Below, one piece after another: positions 37,870 to 51,674 of a stretch of DNA of 64,000 nucleotides; position 1 is the stretch's first letter, and each line of letters begins with the position of its first letter. Source of the stretch: Nageia nagi (Eukaryota; Plantae; Pinophyta); contig JBITNC010000001.1 in NCBI GenBank assembly GCA_050084985.1, forward strand, positions 124,558,001 through 124,622,000, given 5' to 3'. A model generated the notes under the pieces. It worked only from the letters and a program-made list of their open reading frames with translations. It was not told the origin of the DNA and made no database searches. The translations under genes were made by a program, and so were the position numbers.

Positions 37870-39224
37870 TATATTTTTATTGGAATGTTAGAAGATTGAT
37901 AGATCTATTCCATAAATATTAGGTTCATAATACGATGGTAGATGTCTTGTATTTGTATGGAAATGTGGACTTTATGTATTTATAAGAGACTAAAGTTAGT
38001 GATTTCATTCTACAATGTACTTGTAATTTCCTATGGCCTAGAAACTCCTTGCATGCTACCAAACATTCCTTTAGTAAAGGTGGTTTATCACTATTATTGA
38101 ACCTAGATGGTAGTCACATATTGTGTATTGGAGAGTTGCCCCTCAAATCTAGTAGTTTGGACTATTTTTAAAATAACAAGTAAGTCTTTTAGCATTCTTA
38201 ATATCTATTCTTCTAATGAAATCCTAGTTCGATGCAATCTATGGCATTGGTTAGCTCTATTGCTTCCACTTTTCACTTATGCTCTTTACAAGGATTTCAA
38301 TATGGTGGAGAAACCAATTGATAAATTCAAGCATTCCCGCATGAGGTGGTGTGAAAGAGAAACAAAATCTTAGTTTTTTTATGAAGCACAAACTTTAATT
38401 ATTTGACCCTAAATCCTATTTCTCTCATACTACATTTCCTGATGATTTATTATTTACATTGTCTAATTTTCAAAGTGATATCTCTAGATTTCTCTAATGG
38501 TTGGATCAAGAAATGCTTTCTAAATATGACTTATTTCCTTTTCTAGGCTTCAGCCAAGTTCTCCTATCATTTTAGTTGTAGCTAATACTACTTTGTTTGA
38601 TCATGCTCTTATTACTTTTGGTATCAATTTTTAGGGGCCCAGAGCTCACACCTTCTCCTCCTAGTTTTATCCCAATATCTCCTTCCTTCAGAGCCTTATT
38701 ATGAGCTCCCATATCTATAGAAATTGGAATATCATTCCTAGATCCTATGGTTCTATTGGGTGGATTTATTGGTGGAATTATGCTATTTATTGCACTACTA
38801 ATTTGTTGGTAACCCTAGGGATAGATATTGCTAAGCAAAGGAATAAATCAAACTTATCTCTCAAAGAGGAGTTTGCCAAAGCCAACATTTTCATGGAATC
38901 TCCCCCCTTTTAATCCTACCCTATAAATGCATGTTTCTTCTTTGAGATATGAGCTTAAGAAGGATGAGTTATATGAGGAAAGATCGAATGCATTGGCTCA
39001 AATTGGAGGAAAAAGTATCCAAGAAATTCTTTAAAATAAGTCACCCCTCCATCTTCTACTTAATTCCAATCTCTTTAAATGGAAGAGGGTAGAATCACCT
39101 CTCTTTTGAAAATTATTCAAGCTTTTGTTGGCCAATACTAGAAAGTTTTTGGTTTCCAACCTCTTATTGAAATTTGCTAAAAAGATTCAAAGGGATATTT
39201 CTCAATAGTCCCCTATAAGAAGGG

Positions 39225-39225
<1 letters not shown>
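37870..39225 (+). mobile_element. LINE ORF2 endonuclease-region remnant
   Basis: WNVRRL, DFMYL*ETK, ILNIYSSN...LW, DFNMVE and DHALI APE-endonuclease motifs in order. Confidence 0.75.
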
Positions 39226-39228
<3 letters not shown>

Positions 39229-39277
<49 letters not shown>

Positions 39278-39355
39278 ATTATATGTATGTATGTATACAT
39301 TTATATATATATATATATGTATGTATGTATACATTATATATACATATATATATGT

Positions 39356-39405
<50 letters not shown>

Positions 39406-39436
39406 ATATGTATACATCTACATATACATATATATG

Positions 39437-39472
<36 letters not shown>

Positions 39473-39493
39473 ATATATATATATATATATATA
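39229..39493. repeat. Compound microsatellite (AT)n/(ATGT)n/(AC)n
   Basis: Directly visible. Confidence 0.97.
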
Positions 39494-40057
39494 TTAAAAA
39501 TGTATTATATTATGTAAATTATGTGTAACTATAGATTAATAATTTTATAACTATAAATGTACCATCTACCAATTGGGTAATTTGGAAGCTTGCAACATTT
39601 TATTTCACCAACCAGTAGTATGACATCGTTGTGCATGTCAGACATGGGTAACATGTAGTAAGTGGATGAAGATGTACTTGATGAACTCAACACCACTCCA
39701 ATTCCAAGTTTCAAACTCCAATCCAATCTCTCTGTTTCTCAAGTCTTAGCTTCTTGGAAGGGTTTATTCTTTTGAGGTCTGAACTTTAACATTTGAGTTT
39801 TAATATAACCTTTGGAGGTAAGACACCCAGATTGGAAGCTTTATAGGTAAGAGCCACAATGATTCCAAATGGAATTTTGGAGGTAAAAAAGATAAAGTCT
39901 CAAAATGTGTTGTTCTCTTCTAGTCGAAGAGCTCTTTACCAGCTCTCTAATGTTTTCAACGGTATCAAAATTCAACATCAAATGAGTAAGATAATAAGAT
40001 TTAAACATTTTTAATAAATAATAATTAAATATTATTATTTATTAAAACAACAAAGAT

Positions 40058-40129
40058 TTATATATATATATATAGCCAAAAGGTTGAAAAAAGCTATATT
40101 TCAAATATGCATTGTAAAGTAGTTAGGTA

Positions 40130-40177
<48 letters not shown>

Positions 40178-40502
40178 AAAAGGTTGAAAAAAAGCTATAT
40201 TTCAAATATGCATTGTAAAGTAGTTGGGCAGCCATATTAAAAATGTGAATATATATATGCTAAAAGGTTGAAAAAAAGTTATATTTCAAATATGCATTGT
40301 AAAGTAGTTGGACAGCCATATTAAAAATGTGTGTATATATATATAAATGCCAATAAATTGAAAAAAAATTATATTTCAAATATGCATTGTAAAGTAGTTG
40401 GGCAGCCATATTAAAAATGTATATATATATATGCCAAAAGGTTGAAAAAAAAGCTATATTTCAAATATGCATTGTAAAGTAGTTGGACAGCCATATTAAA
40501 AA
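40058..40502. repeat. Five ~70-bp units separated by variable (AT)n tracts
   Basis: GCCAAAAGGTTGAAAAAAGCTATATTTCAAATATGCATTGTAAAGTAGTTGGGCAGCCATAT at ~40075, 40175, 40259, 40349 and 40433. Confidence 0.92.
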
Positions 40503-41542
40503 ATGATGTCAAGATCAAAGGATGGTCCAAGGTAGTATTGATGGTTCTACTTTGGCAAAGAATGGTGTACGTAGGTCATGGGAAGCGCAGGTTTGATAAG
40601 GTGTCAATGTAAAAACCACCAACGTCAAACGAAGCCAACATGGTTGGTCTCCACCAAGCTGTACCCACACAAGAGGGAGACCCGCTTGGTGAAGCCGATG
40701 TGGAAGGAAGAGACGTCTTCACCCCGTCATCTATCCTGCCACCTAGCCAGATGCCAAGACCTTGCGTAGGAAGAAAGGGAACCGCCATGCCAGGCAAGGT
40801 GATTGTGTTACGTGGAGGAATGAGGAGCCCATCACGGTTATTATGTAGCCTCAAAACTGCCACCCACCACCGAGGATTACCATTGCCACCGTTCAGACCT
40901 CTTGATGCAGAAAAAAAGGTGAAGAGCACCGTAGAATTCTCATTATTCTACGCCCCTTGTTTTCCCTGATTCCAAAGGCTAAAACAGTAAAAATTGTTAG
41001 AAGGATCCTGGATGCGGTGGTAAAGGTTCCGGGAACCTCACAGCTCCTGATTTCCCTTTGACGTGAAACGGTGGAATGGAGAGTAAGGAATATTCTGAGG
41101 CATTAACCCTACTTTCCAGCCTGGTAAGAGAAGTAAGGAGACCAACATCTGCCAACATCAAGGAAATACTGCAGTCATCTAAAACAGACCGCCAAAATAG
41201 ACCGTGTCAGCCAAATAAAGCGGACGCACATTGTGAAGGGGATCCATCGTAAGTTGAAATCGCCAGTCACTTGACAGGCCAGACGTACGTGGAATTGGAG
41301 CCACCTATTATTGGAGAGTGGAGACCATTTGATTTGGTGTGATATATTTTGGGCATTAAAGTTGGTAAACCTGCGGATAAACTCAAATATTTTATTGTTC
41401 ATATGTTATTTTAACAAGGTTGTTAATTTGGTGTTAAAAATAGTTTGTGGATATTACAATAGTAAAAGAAATTTACTATTGATAATACAAAACTAAAATT
41501 AAATGTTAAAATTAAAGGAGATTCTAGAATGGAGGTAAAAGA

Positions 41543-42213
41543 TGTTACGAGAAAATAAATGAGGAAGAAGGTTTGTTGAAGGGATATGAAATCATAATGT
41601 AATTTGAGATTATTGTTGTTGGCCTAAAACAAAAGAGAACCACGGGTACTAAAAAATAGATGGAGAGAATAATTCTTTTTGTAATTGTAAAACTCCAAAT
41701 TTGTAACCCTTATTTTATAAAAGGGTACTTGGAGAATTAAAAAAAGGAGAGTGAAGTCCCCTTTGAGAGAGAAGGCTCCCAAAATGGGAGAATGTGAAAA
41801 AAATGTTTGGATAAAAAAAAGAAAAGAAGTGGAAAAAATAATCTCCATGATGTTGTAAAAATAAGATAAGACAAAGACTGATTCCAATGTCAACTCGGGA
41901 CAAGAGACATGGAATCATGCTTGAGGACTTTCATTGGAAAGAGAGTCATCTTTAACAAAGTGATTCAGTGCAGAGCCTACGATGTTACCATGTTTCGACT
42001 ATAAAAGATTAAAGTAAGATGGATCATGCAAAATGATATTGTAAAAGGGACTCTATGATAATGGATTAACTTTTGGATGTAGACCACATTAATCAAACCA
42101 GGGTAAATTTGTGTTAATCTTTTGTGTGATTGATTTTATTTTCACAAGCACTAAAATTAACCAAGTGTGAAGATCCAAAAGTGAATTCATGAAAAGCGGT
42201 TTACGGATCTCAC
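41543..42213 (+). mobile_element. Possible solo LTR, boundaries uncertain
   Basis: TG start, TATAAAAGGG followed by a purine-rich tract, and a U5-like GATGTAG...AACC...TAAATTTGTGT motif. Confidence 0.3.
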
Positions 42214-43398
42214 AATGATGAATGATGTTAGGTTAATAATACTTTCTTATGAAAATTTGAAGATTTTTGCTTCTAGTTATGTAATTTTGTATATATAAAT
42301 ATTGAATTTTTTTTTATTAGCCTTTGTGAATGCAATACATAGCTTTGTTATTATATAACCGATACTTGGAAAAAATAATTCATATAGATTTAAATGTTTC
42401 AAGTTCAAGAGTTGTGTTAAATAGTTAGAGTTATTTCAATGTTGAGCTTAGCATGTCCTTATAATGTCACCCTTTAAAACATAATATTGTTGAGATTAGT
42501 TTACAGTTTTGTAAAAAATTCATTAGCTTATTAGCTTTGTGGTGGTTTTATGGAATTCGAACTTTTATTTGGGATATTTTCCTTTTTGTCACGAGTTTTG
42601 CTAGTAATAGCTTTTGATAAAGGAATGTGGAAAATAATCTCTGAAGCCATGAAAGAAGCTTACCTAATGAATCTATATCATGGAATGAGTTAAATACAAA
42701 TTCATGCTTGTTTGTGGTTAATGACTAAAATAATCATTTGTTGAACTAATTGTATAGTAGTTGCTTCAGTAATAGAAAATTCTAACTACAAGAGACACGA
42801 AGAAATATATATAAACAATAAAAATGCCTAAAAAAAATACACACGCATCTTTAGTTTGAAGAGATATAACAACTTCTAAAGGCTCTATCTTCAAGTTTGA
42901 AGTACAAGCAAAAATACACATAAATCTTTTGTCAAAAAACTATAGAAATTTTTTTGTTAATAGTTATTTTATCATTATTATTATTTTTTAACCATAGTAT
43001 AAATCACTATAATTGTTTAATCATTGTTAATTTTTTAACACAACTACATCACTTATTTTTATTATAGTTACAATTTTAATTAAAAAAATCTTATTTATAC
43101 ACAATAGTTACAATTTTAATTAAAAAAAATCTTATTTATACACAATGTTAACACAATATAAATCACTCTATTTCTGTCATAGTTAACATTTTAATGAAAA
43201 ACATTTTTTTTTTCTTTTTATACAAAAATACAACTTAAATTTATGTGTAAAATTTAATATTATATTTTGAAGGGCATTATAAAAGTTTAACTGTATTTTG
43301 AAAGGCAACACATAATTGAAAACGTTTGCAAATTTCACTTTGACAGGCAAGGGTGACCGTCAAATTTCAACCCTGACCAATACCATTTGTGAATTCAC

Positions 43399-45417
43399 CT
43401 ATCTGCCTACCTGGTAATCAGAATCGTCCGTGTAACATCTTATTCTTGAACTGTCCTCGTAATCCCCAGACTTCCCTGCTTCATCAGTTGCATGAACAAT
43501 GAAGCTGTTCTCAGAATTCATTTCAAATGAAGATGGGCAAGGGATCTCATCGTCTGGAAGTGGAGCTTGCCCTTCCAGTATTTGTAGCACTCTTCTCATG
43601 CCAAGCCTTGATTCCGGCCGAGGATGAGAACAATAAAGCCCCACTCTAAGAACTCTCTCCACCTCTTCTGCGTCGTAATCGCCATCAAGATTTGGATCCA
43701 CAGCATCCACCAATTTTCTTCTTTTATGCAAAAACCTCAACCAATCTAGCAGAACAACTTGGTCCACCCTTTGGATTGATCAATAGGCCTCCTTCCACAC
43801 GCAACTTCCAGCATAACAATCCCAAAGCTGAATACATCAGAGCTTGGAGATACTTTGCCTGTGCTGGTAACTTCCGGAGCAATATATCCGATAGTTCCTG
43901 CTACTCGAGTTGTTTCTGGATTTTGAGAATGGTCATATAGACGAGCAAGCCCAAAATCCCCCAACTTGGCATTGAAGTCCGAATCGAGCAGCACATTGCT
44001 GGACTTGACGTCTCTGTGAACAACCTTCTGATCCCATTGCTCGTGAAGATACAAAAGCCCCGCCGCTATGTCCTTGAGGATCGCGTAGCGTTGAGGCCAG
44101 GGAAGAACCTCCTTTGGGTTCCCGAATATCATCTTATCAAGGCTTCCATTTGGCATGAAGTCGTAGACGATGAAGAGCTGATTATTCTTCCTGCACCATC
44201 CTCGTAGTTGGACCAGGTTCCTGTGCTGCAGACGACCCACACTCGAAATTTCGGCTATAAAATCCTTCATTCCCTCAGTGGAATTCCTCGTGATGCATTT
44301 CACTGCAACTCGGACGCCATTTCTGCGAAGAGTGCCCCTGTAAACACGACCAAAAGCCCACGGCCCAACAACTGCTCATCTCGGAACCCTTGTGTGGCGG
44401 CAAGTAGCTCGCTGTAGGGAATTCTGTGAGGCCAATACTCTAACTCCCATTCCTGAATTGATTCTCTGTTCCTCCGTTTCCTCAGCCAAAGGAATGCAAA
44501 GAAAACAAGGACCATAAGGGCAACGACAGATGCTACGACAGGACCGACTTTGAACATGCGGAGTTGAGTTGTGGCCTCCTTTCTGATTAAAGAGGGGATA
44601 CCCGAAAGATTAAGGACTGGCGCCTGACCGTCCGTGCTGAAGCTCCAGCGGAGAATATAATGCTGTTCTACAGAATCGAATCCTGTAGACGACGAAAACC
44701 CCACATACATCTCTTCTTTCAGAACTCCAGAAAGATTGAAATTATCTACGGATAACAGTGGGTGTCTAGGCTTCTCCATCCCGGCTAACGCAAGACTTAC
44801 AGTAAGCCTGTCCAATAAATTATCGTAATCGATCCAGGCTTGGATATTCTCTCCACTTTTTAGATCTAATGGCCTAAAGTTTTCGTCCATCCAATAGCCT
44901 GCAGGCTGAGGATTTAAAGACCTAAGGCTGTTGAGATCGACGCCAACATGGTTGTCATTGATATCCCCAAATTCAACGTTGAAATTTGTGTCGAATTCGA
45001 CTGCAAATAGATGGTTGGATTCGAGTCCATTTGTGGTAGGATTGAATAAGCCAAGGTACTGGGATTCTATGGCGCCATTGAGGGAGTTGTAAGGAGTCAT
45101 GATGAAAGCCAGCCCATGCCCACCAGGGCCGGGAGGAGGAACCACAATTGAGAACACAAAGTTGGTGCTGAAAGAAACTACTCTGTTACTACTATTACTG
45201 TTCTTAAATTTTATCGGCGTTGGGTATAGAGCTCGACCGATCAAACGCTGAGAATGATTTGTAAGGGTGAGCACTTGTTCGGATTGTATAAAAGCATGCT
45301 CTATCAATAATAAACTCGATTTGTTGAACTCATTATGATGAAGGTCTTGGTGGCAACCAACGGCCATGACAGCAAGAACGAAAGAGAGAACGTGATCAAT
45401 TTCTCAAGAGACAACAT
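43399..45417 (-). CDS. LECRK: L-type (legume) lectin receptor-like kinase, intronless; three 1-nt frameshifts (assembly error or young pseudogene)
   Basis: Signal peptide MLSLEKLITFSLSFLLSWPLVA; lectin motifs SFSTNFVF, GHGLAF, AVEFDT, NHVGVDLN, MYVGFSSSTG; TM helix; WELEYWPHR juxtamembrane; kinase VAVK, HRNLVQL, HRDVKSSN, DFG, GYIAPE. Confidence 0.93.
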
Positions 45418-46129
45418 TATTTCTTCTGAAACAAAATGAAACTCAGTCCTCCAAGACTGTAAGTCTAATTAATATACCATGGATCTACTTTTGGGCTAGA
45501 AGAAGTCGACCTAACTAGTAGTTATTTTTTTCAAGAGGCGATGAATATTGACACATATGTGGAATGGTTGGTAACAGGGCGGCGGAGGTGGAGAGTCAAG
45601 AACTCGTGGGGTCGGGAGTTTGGTATAAAGTGGAATCACGTGAAGATTTGATAAATTAAGCATATTCTCCTCCCTCTTTTCAATGTATAGAATGACAATC
45701 TATTATTACACGACTCAAGTCTATGAAGTATTGGGAAGCATATAAAATGATAATTGTAATTGTAATTATGTGGAGAAGTGTTTTATAGTTAGAGAAGGGG
45801 AGAATTCATTTGTCATATATAAGTGGTTGTTTAATAATTTTCTAAATTATTTAGAATTAGAAATTCATATTTAATATAATCTTGTCAATGTCTCTAAATT
45901 ATATACATATATTTTATTTTTTATATTTCTTAAGTATTAACATAATAGATATCATACATCAATTAAGTTTTTTTTTTTATTATTTTTTTATAAAATAGTT
46001 TTTGAATTTGTTTATTTAATTTGTTAATCATCTTTGAATTTATAGGATAGGGTGATTTTTTGGTAAGCTTGTTGAGGGATCAAATCAATCTACATGAGAT
46101 CTTTCTAATAGGTGGTAATATTTTTGACA

Positions 46130-47800
46130 ACTCATTTGAGACTATCTTCGTACAACCTTCTAATATATCCTTTACTTCTTTTGGAATTTATTCCTCTTTC
46201 TATTCCTCCCTTGGAATGATAGCATAACATATAAAGGATAACTTTTACTCTTGCAAGACTTCATTTTCCCCTAACAACAATAAGTCACTTTCAGCTTCAT
46301 TCTCCTTTGATTTAATAGGCTTCAACATGGTTCCCCTTTCATCGTTCTTTGCAGAGCATAATATTCAACCTTTCATCTTATATAGTTTCTCAATCATATT
46401 ACTAAGATCTACCCTATAGTATATGGTAACTTGGTAAGCATCCATAAGAGGAACATCATATAATACCTAATCTTAGTATAGTACTATATCCATTTTTATT
46501 CTAAATCTTCTATTGACCAAAGATTGATGTCCTTTATAAAACCAAGACACATTATATGGCCTAGGATAGGAAAATATTTTCAAATTCAAATTTTATAGCA
46601 TTTTTTAAACACTAAATATTATAATACCACCATCAATAATGACTTGGAAAATCCTACCTGTAGAAAGGCATCAAATTCTAAAGATCTACTTCTTTATTGA
46701 CAAGGTTCCTTATGATTTTTTTTTTATCAATAGAGGAATTCCAACTATTAGCTTCTCTCCTTCACTAGTAGATTTATGAGTGATGTTGATCCTCCAATAA
46801 TTTTTTCATGTTCAATGACATGCTCTAAATTATCTATTCAACAATTCCCTTTTGATGATTCCTTTCATTCAAATGTTTTGTTACCTTGTGTGTTATAATT
46901 ATAATAGGTTCTCAAAAATCATTCTCTTACTCTTCTTCAACCATGGTGTGCATCTTTGTATGCATGATATAATTGGTATCATACTTTAGGAGCATAACAT
47001 GAGGCTATAAATCCTCTTTCTTCTCTATTTTCTTGTGAAAGCTTTCCCAAAAGCTTTACTTTTATTGATCTTATCTTCATCCATCACAACCTATTTATAT
47101 GTTTCCTCCATGGTTTTAATATTTAGCATGTTAATCTCATCTTGAATAGTCAAATTCATGTTATTTACATACCTAGAAATGATGACCATAGGTGCCTTAG
47201 GTTCTCTAGCTCTAATAAACATTTTTTTAAAACTTCTCTATGTAAACTCTTTATGATCATACCCTTCTAGTAGAGATTTTGCATCCTTTTGAACAATATA
47301 AACTCACAATAATATGGTTGGAATTACTTCTTCATCTAACTCACTATCATCTTCTAGGACATCATGTTATCCTTACATTATGCAACTCTTCTCCTTTTAA
47401 CTTGCCCCCATAATATAAAAGCATAACCTTGTAATTAAATTATCATAACAAATTTAACATTCCTTTCATTCTAAATACTTTCTGAATTGAAACATATCTC
47501 ACATTTTGAAATTTAGTTTATGAGTTCATCTAGGTCTAGGCGCCTATAATAGTTTAAAAGGTTTTCTTTGACATTGATCATGTTCCTTGTAAAGTTTTTA
47601 GATAGATAATATTTATGCATATCTTCCCTTCTTCCTCTAATTTTTTCAACTTTTCTTCTCTAATTACACTCTTCTACAAATTCCATATTCAAATACTTCA
47701 CTATGTATTTATCTTGAACTATCAAAATTTTCTAATAATTAAGGGTACACAAACTTCCTTATTTAAAACTTAGATTGTTGCTCATAATGATCTTGCATAA
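46130..47800 (-). mobile_element. Highly decayed Gypsy (CRM-like) gag-protease fragment
   Basis: Minus-strand GYAFILWG, PRPYNVSWFYKG and VLYDVPLM segments parallel the gag/PR at 2690-3780. Confidence 0.5.
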
Positions 47801-49111
47801 CTAAGAACCTTTAGATTATAGAGAGTATATAGTTAATATTGATACTTTTTTCTATTAGAATGAGAGCTAAGAATAAAAAGTCAATAGTTACACCTCATAA
47901 GAACATATTTTCCTAATATATAATTGCAAAATCCATAGTTTTCATAATGAAAATGAAATCTTCTCTCATTGATATGAATCGAACAAATCTAATCTTCACT
48001 ATCAATGGAATATAACAGTGATACTTGACCAAATATTTTAAGCCATTACCTAGAGAGGAGACTATCCTTTAGGTGCAATATTGATCAAGAATGGTACAAG
48101 TGGATGATATTTGAATATTTATTTACCCTCAACTTTAAGACTATCATAGATTATAGTTGCCTATCTGGGTTTCAAAGAAGCCTAAAGTGATACCTTTATA
48201 TACCTTTTGGTATGTGAGAGCTCAAGTTCATGTTCTAGGAATGTTATCTAAAAAGTGAGTATTAGGGCAATCCCTTTCACTTTACTTGACTACTAAGCTC
48301 CACCAAAATAATAACTTCTTACTAATATTATATCAATGAATATCATAAATTTGAATGTTAAATAAATAACAAAAGCATAACAGATTTGGCTTATGCTCTT
48401 TTTGCTTAAATAGTGTTTTCCAATTTTTTCTTCCATAATCAACATTCCAAATATTTGGTGTAAAAACTATTTACCAATGTATTCATATATGTAAAATATC
48501 ATTTTCTCAAAGATATGCAAGTTATTTAATTAATATTTTAAAATCTTTATGGATCTCTTACTTGAACATCCAACATGAATTTAAACATCTTAATATCAAC
48601 ATAATACATCAAACCAATGTATATCTTATCTGAAATTCATGAATGAAGGATAAATTGTATCTTTCATCTTGTATAGTATATTGGAGTATTCATAGCTTCT
48701 ATTTAATTCTTTACTTGAAAATATCCTTCAATGATAATCATTTATCTTGGTATCCCACACTAGTATGTGTTATTTCATATTAATAAGAGAGGTTTATAGG
48801 ATCCTTAGATATTTACAAAATAGACTACGTGTATGAATATGAGTTAAACTAACAATCTATTCAAATTAAATAAAATAATACCAGATGTTGCACTTTAAGA
48901 AGTCTCTTAGAAACTAATGAAAAAAAAATAAAATAAGCATAAACTTCAACACAAGAGGTAAAGAACCCCTATGTTTCATGCAAGTCTTAAATAAATTAGT
49001 TTTGAGAAGAACTTGGGCTTTTGTAATCCCCATTTCCTTTAATTTTTTACAAATTTTATTAAGAGATTGTATCACTTCATATATGAATAGGTTCAAACAA
49101 ACAAGTGTTGA

Positions 49112-51200
49112 TGAAGGTTTGAGAGAATTAATTAAATAAATAATAATTAATAATTATCCTCATTATATGTTTCCTTCTTAATTGCTTCATATAGTTGAGA
49201 CATTGCCTTTGAATTGCCCTTTTGTTGGCTACTTTCTTTTGCCTCCTAACTTGTCTTTTCCTCCTTCATAGAGTCAACTTCCTCTTCCAAGAAAGATGGA
49301 AAGATATAAGAGATGGAAAAAAAAATTGTTAGCTATCCCACCAAATAAATCATTTTAATTTTCTTTATATGATTCTTTATCGTACATTTTTTTGATTTTA
49401 AATTGATTAATTTCATTCATAAACTATTAATGATATTAAATTGATATTATTAAGTTCAATGTTTAGAAACACGTAGGTTGAAAATAAGTTTTCTAAAGCT
49501 AGAGATTAAAGGGAAGTGGATTATAAAATGGATGTCACCAAGGTGGTATTCAACTAGTTGGTGTCATTTTAACTAGGTGAGTACCTATTAGATTTTCATT
49601 TTGTGCAATATATTTGCATATTTTTATGGTTTTCCCAAACTAATCCTTTTTTAGATCAATTTGTTTTTGAATGATATAAATTTCATCCTAAATTACCTTT
49701 TCGTGTGATTATTTTTATGTTGGATAGTTGGTTTTAAATTTTAACATATTTCCAACATTTACAACATTCCTTGTTGGTATATCACACTCATAAATCATAA
49801 TGTTTAGACATGCACTTACACAATCCTACTTAGTAAGCCCCATAAAATGTTTTACTTCCAATTGAGTTTTGACCATAAAATATTCTCCATATGCCCTTGG
49901 ATTTCACCACTAATATATATTTTCATTCTATTTCAAAGGTATATAAAACTCCTATATTCTAAAGATAAATCACTTTTTTTTACTACATATAACCATATTC
50001 ATTTATATCCCAAACTCGGATTTTATCTCTATCTCGAACTCAAATTTCACCTCTATCTCTATCTTGGGCCTGGATCTTGTATTGATAACAAATAAACTTC
50101 TTAAAAACCTTAAGTATCATACATATTATCTTTTGTATCCATTTGGAAGACCTTTATACGACCCAAAATGCTCCATATCTAGTCTAGGAAGTTCAAATTC
50201 ATATTCCTAGAGATCCATAGCTCCGTTTGAGATGTGTGAGTACTCATTGGAAAGGTATTTTTAATCTTTATCCAATCATATTAAAAAAATTAATATTTAG
50301 AATGATTTTATTTTATCTTATATTCTATTAAATTCTCAATGATTGTATCATCCTTGGATCACTATATTTAGCCCAAGCACCTTAAAATCTTCATTTGGTA
50401 TCAAAGAAGGTATTTCTATTGGGTTGAAATGGGTCAAAAAAGTGGGACATAGTACAGTTGCATATTCATGTATTTTATGGTGAGTATATAGAATATTAAA
50501 ATATTTGATAAATAACTTTTCTCATCTCTCAATACCTATGGAGTCTTGTTTCATAGGGTTATGTTGAATCTAATGCTAAAACCTTTGTTGCACTTATAGT
50601 AGATGAAAAAAGGATATTTTGGAGATAAAAAAAATATGCTAAATCCTTGTTCATCATACAAAGTAGGATAGATGTTGCTATATGCTACAAGATTACATAA
50701 TACAAAAAATCAAAGGAATCATGAGATACTCTTGAAAGTTTCTACAAGGGAGCATAGAATTAAAGACAAGTTAGAGAAACTTGATCATGTATTCTAAGGC
50801 AAGTTGAGAATGCATGACCATCCATCAAGCTCTAAAGAGTCTATATCTACCAATTCATCATCTACATCTAGAGGTCATGGGAACTTTTTGGGTGGATCAT
50901 ACCATGGAAGAGGCGATCATAGTAGAGGAAGAGTTTGATCAACCAAAAAAGCTAAAACTTGACCCAAGGATATTATGAATACTATGAAAAATATCATCAC
51001 ATTAAGCATCAATGCTTCAAGAAAAGAATCCAATAAAATTTTAACTTTAGTGAAGACCAAGGTGACACAAATCTCTTTCTTAATCATAATAACTTTGAAT
51101 TTGTTGATGATTATATTTAGTACCTTGATAGTGGTTGTTCAAATAATATGATTAGGAATAAGAATTTATTTGTAAAACATGAAGATAATTGCTAGACCAA
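49112..51200 (+). mobile_element. Copia family B 5' fragment (LTR ~49112-50393, PBS 50396-50406, deleted gag, protease start)
   Basis: CTTCA-TT-TGGTATCAAAG junction; RG-rich gag similar to 28270-28350; YLDSGCSNNM. Confidence 0.7.
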
Positions 51201-51674
51201 AAAAGACTTTTGATGGTAACCAATTTCAAGCATCTTTGAGGGATAGGCATAAGCTACTATTATATGTAATTTTGATGGTGGATTTTATGGGGAAATTTTA
51301 ACCCTAAACCATAAATCATAAGGTGTTGGTATAAACCACCCTTCTATCTCATCCAAACAAAATAAAAAAAAAAAATCCCATATAGGAACTTTACACAAAA
51401 TATTTCATTTTTGAGAGGGTTATGCCTAGTATTATTGTGACATTTGGAGCGAGGAGAGGAGAGGGAGAAGAGGCTTAATAGTAAAGGCAAGGTAGAGGAA
51501 AGGTTTGATGAGGCTTGAAAATAAAAGGATGAGGTACATTATTCTACATTTTGCATACATGTCTTAGGGAAGTTTTTGAAACTCATTTTGAAAATTGTGT
51601 TTGTATCATGCATCTTGTTAAACAATTCTTGGGTGTTGTGTATTTTTCCACATTTTGTGTACATGTTTATTTAG

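Noticed and set aside
39266-39528. Five YI/CV-repeat ORFs
   Set aside because: Microsatellite translations.
40640-40969. MuDR transposase C-terminus (ILPP...GR...CS)
   Set aside because: Resemblance is too weak, the zinc-knuckle residues are missing, and there is no upstream transposase.
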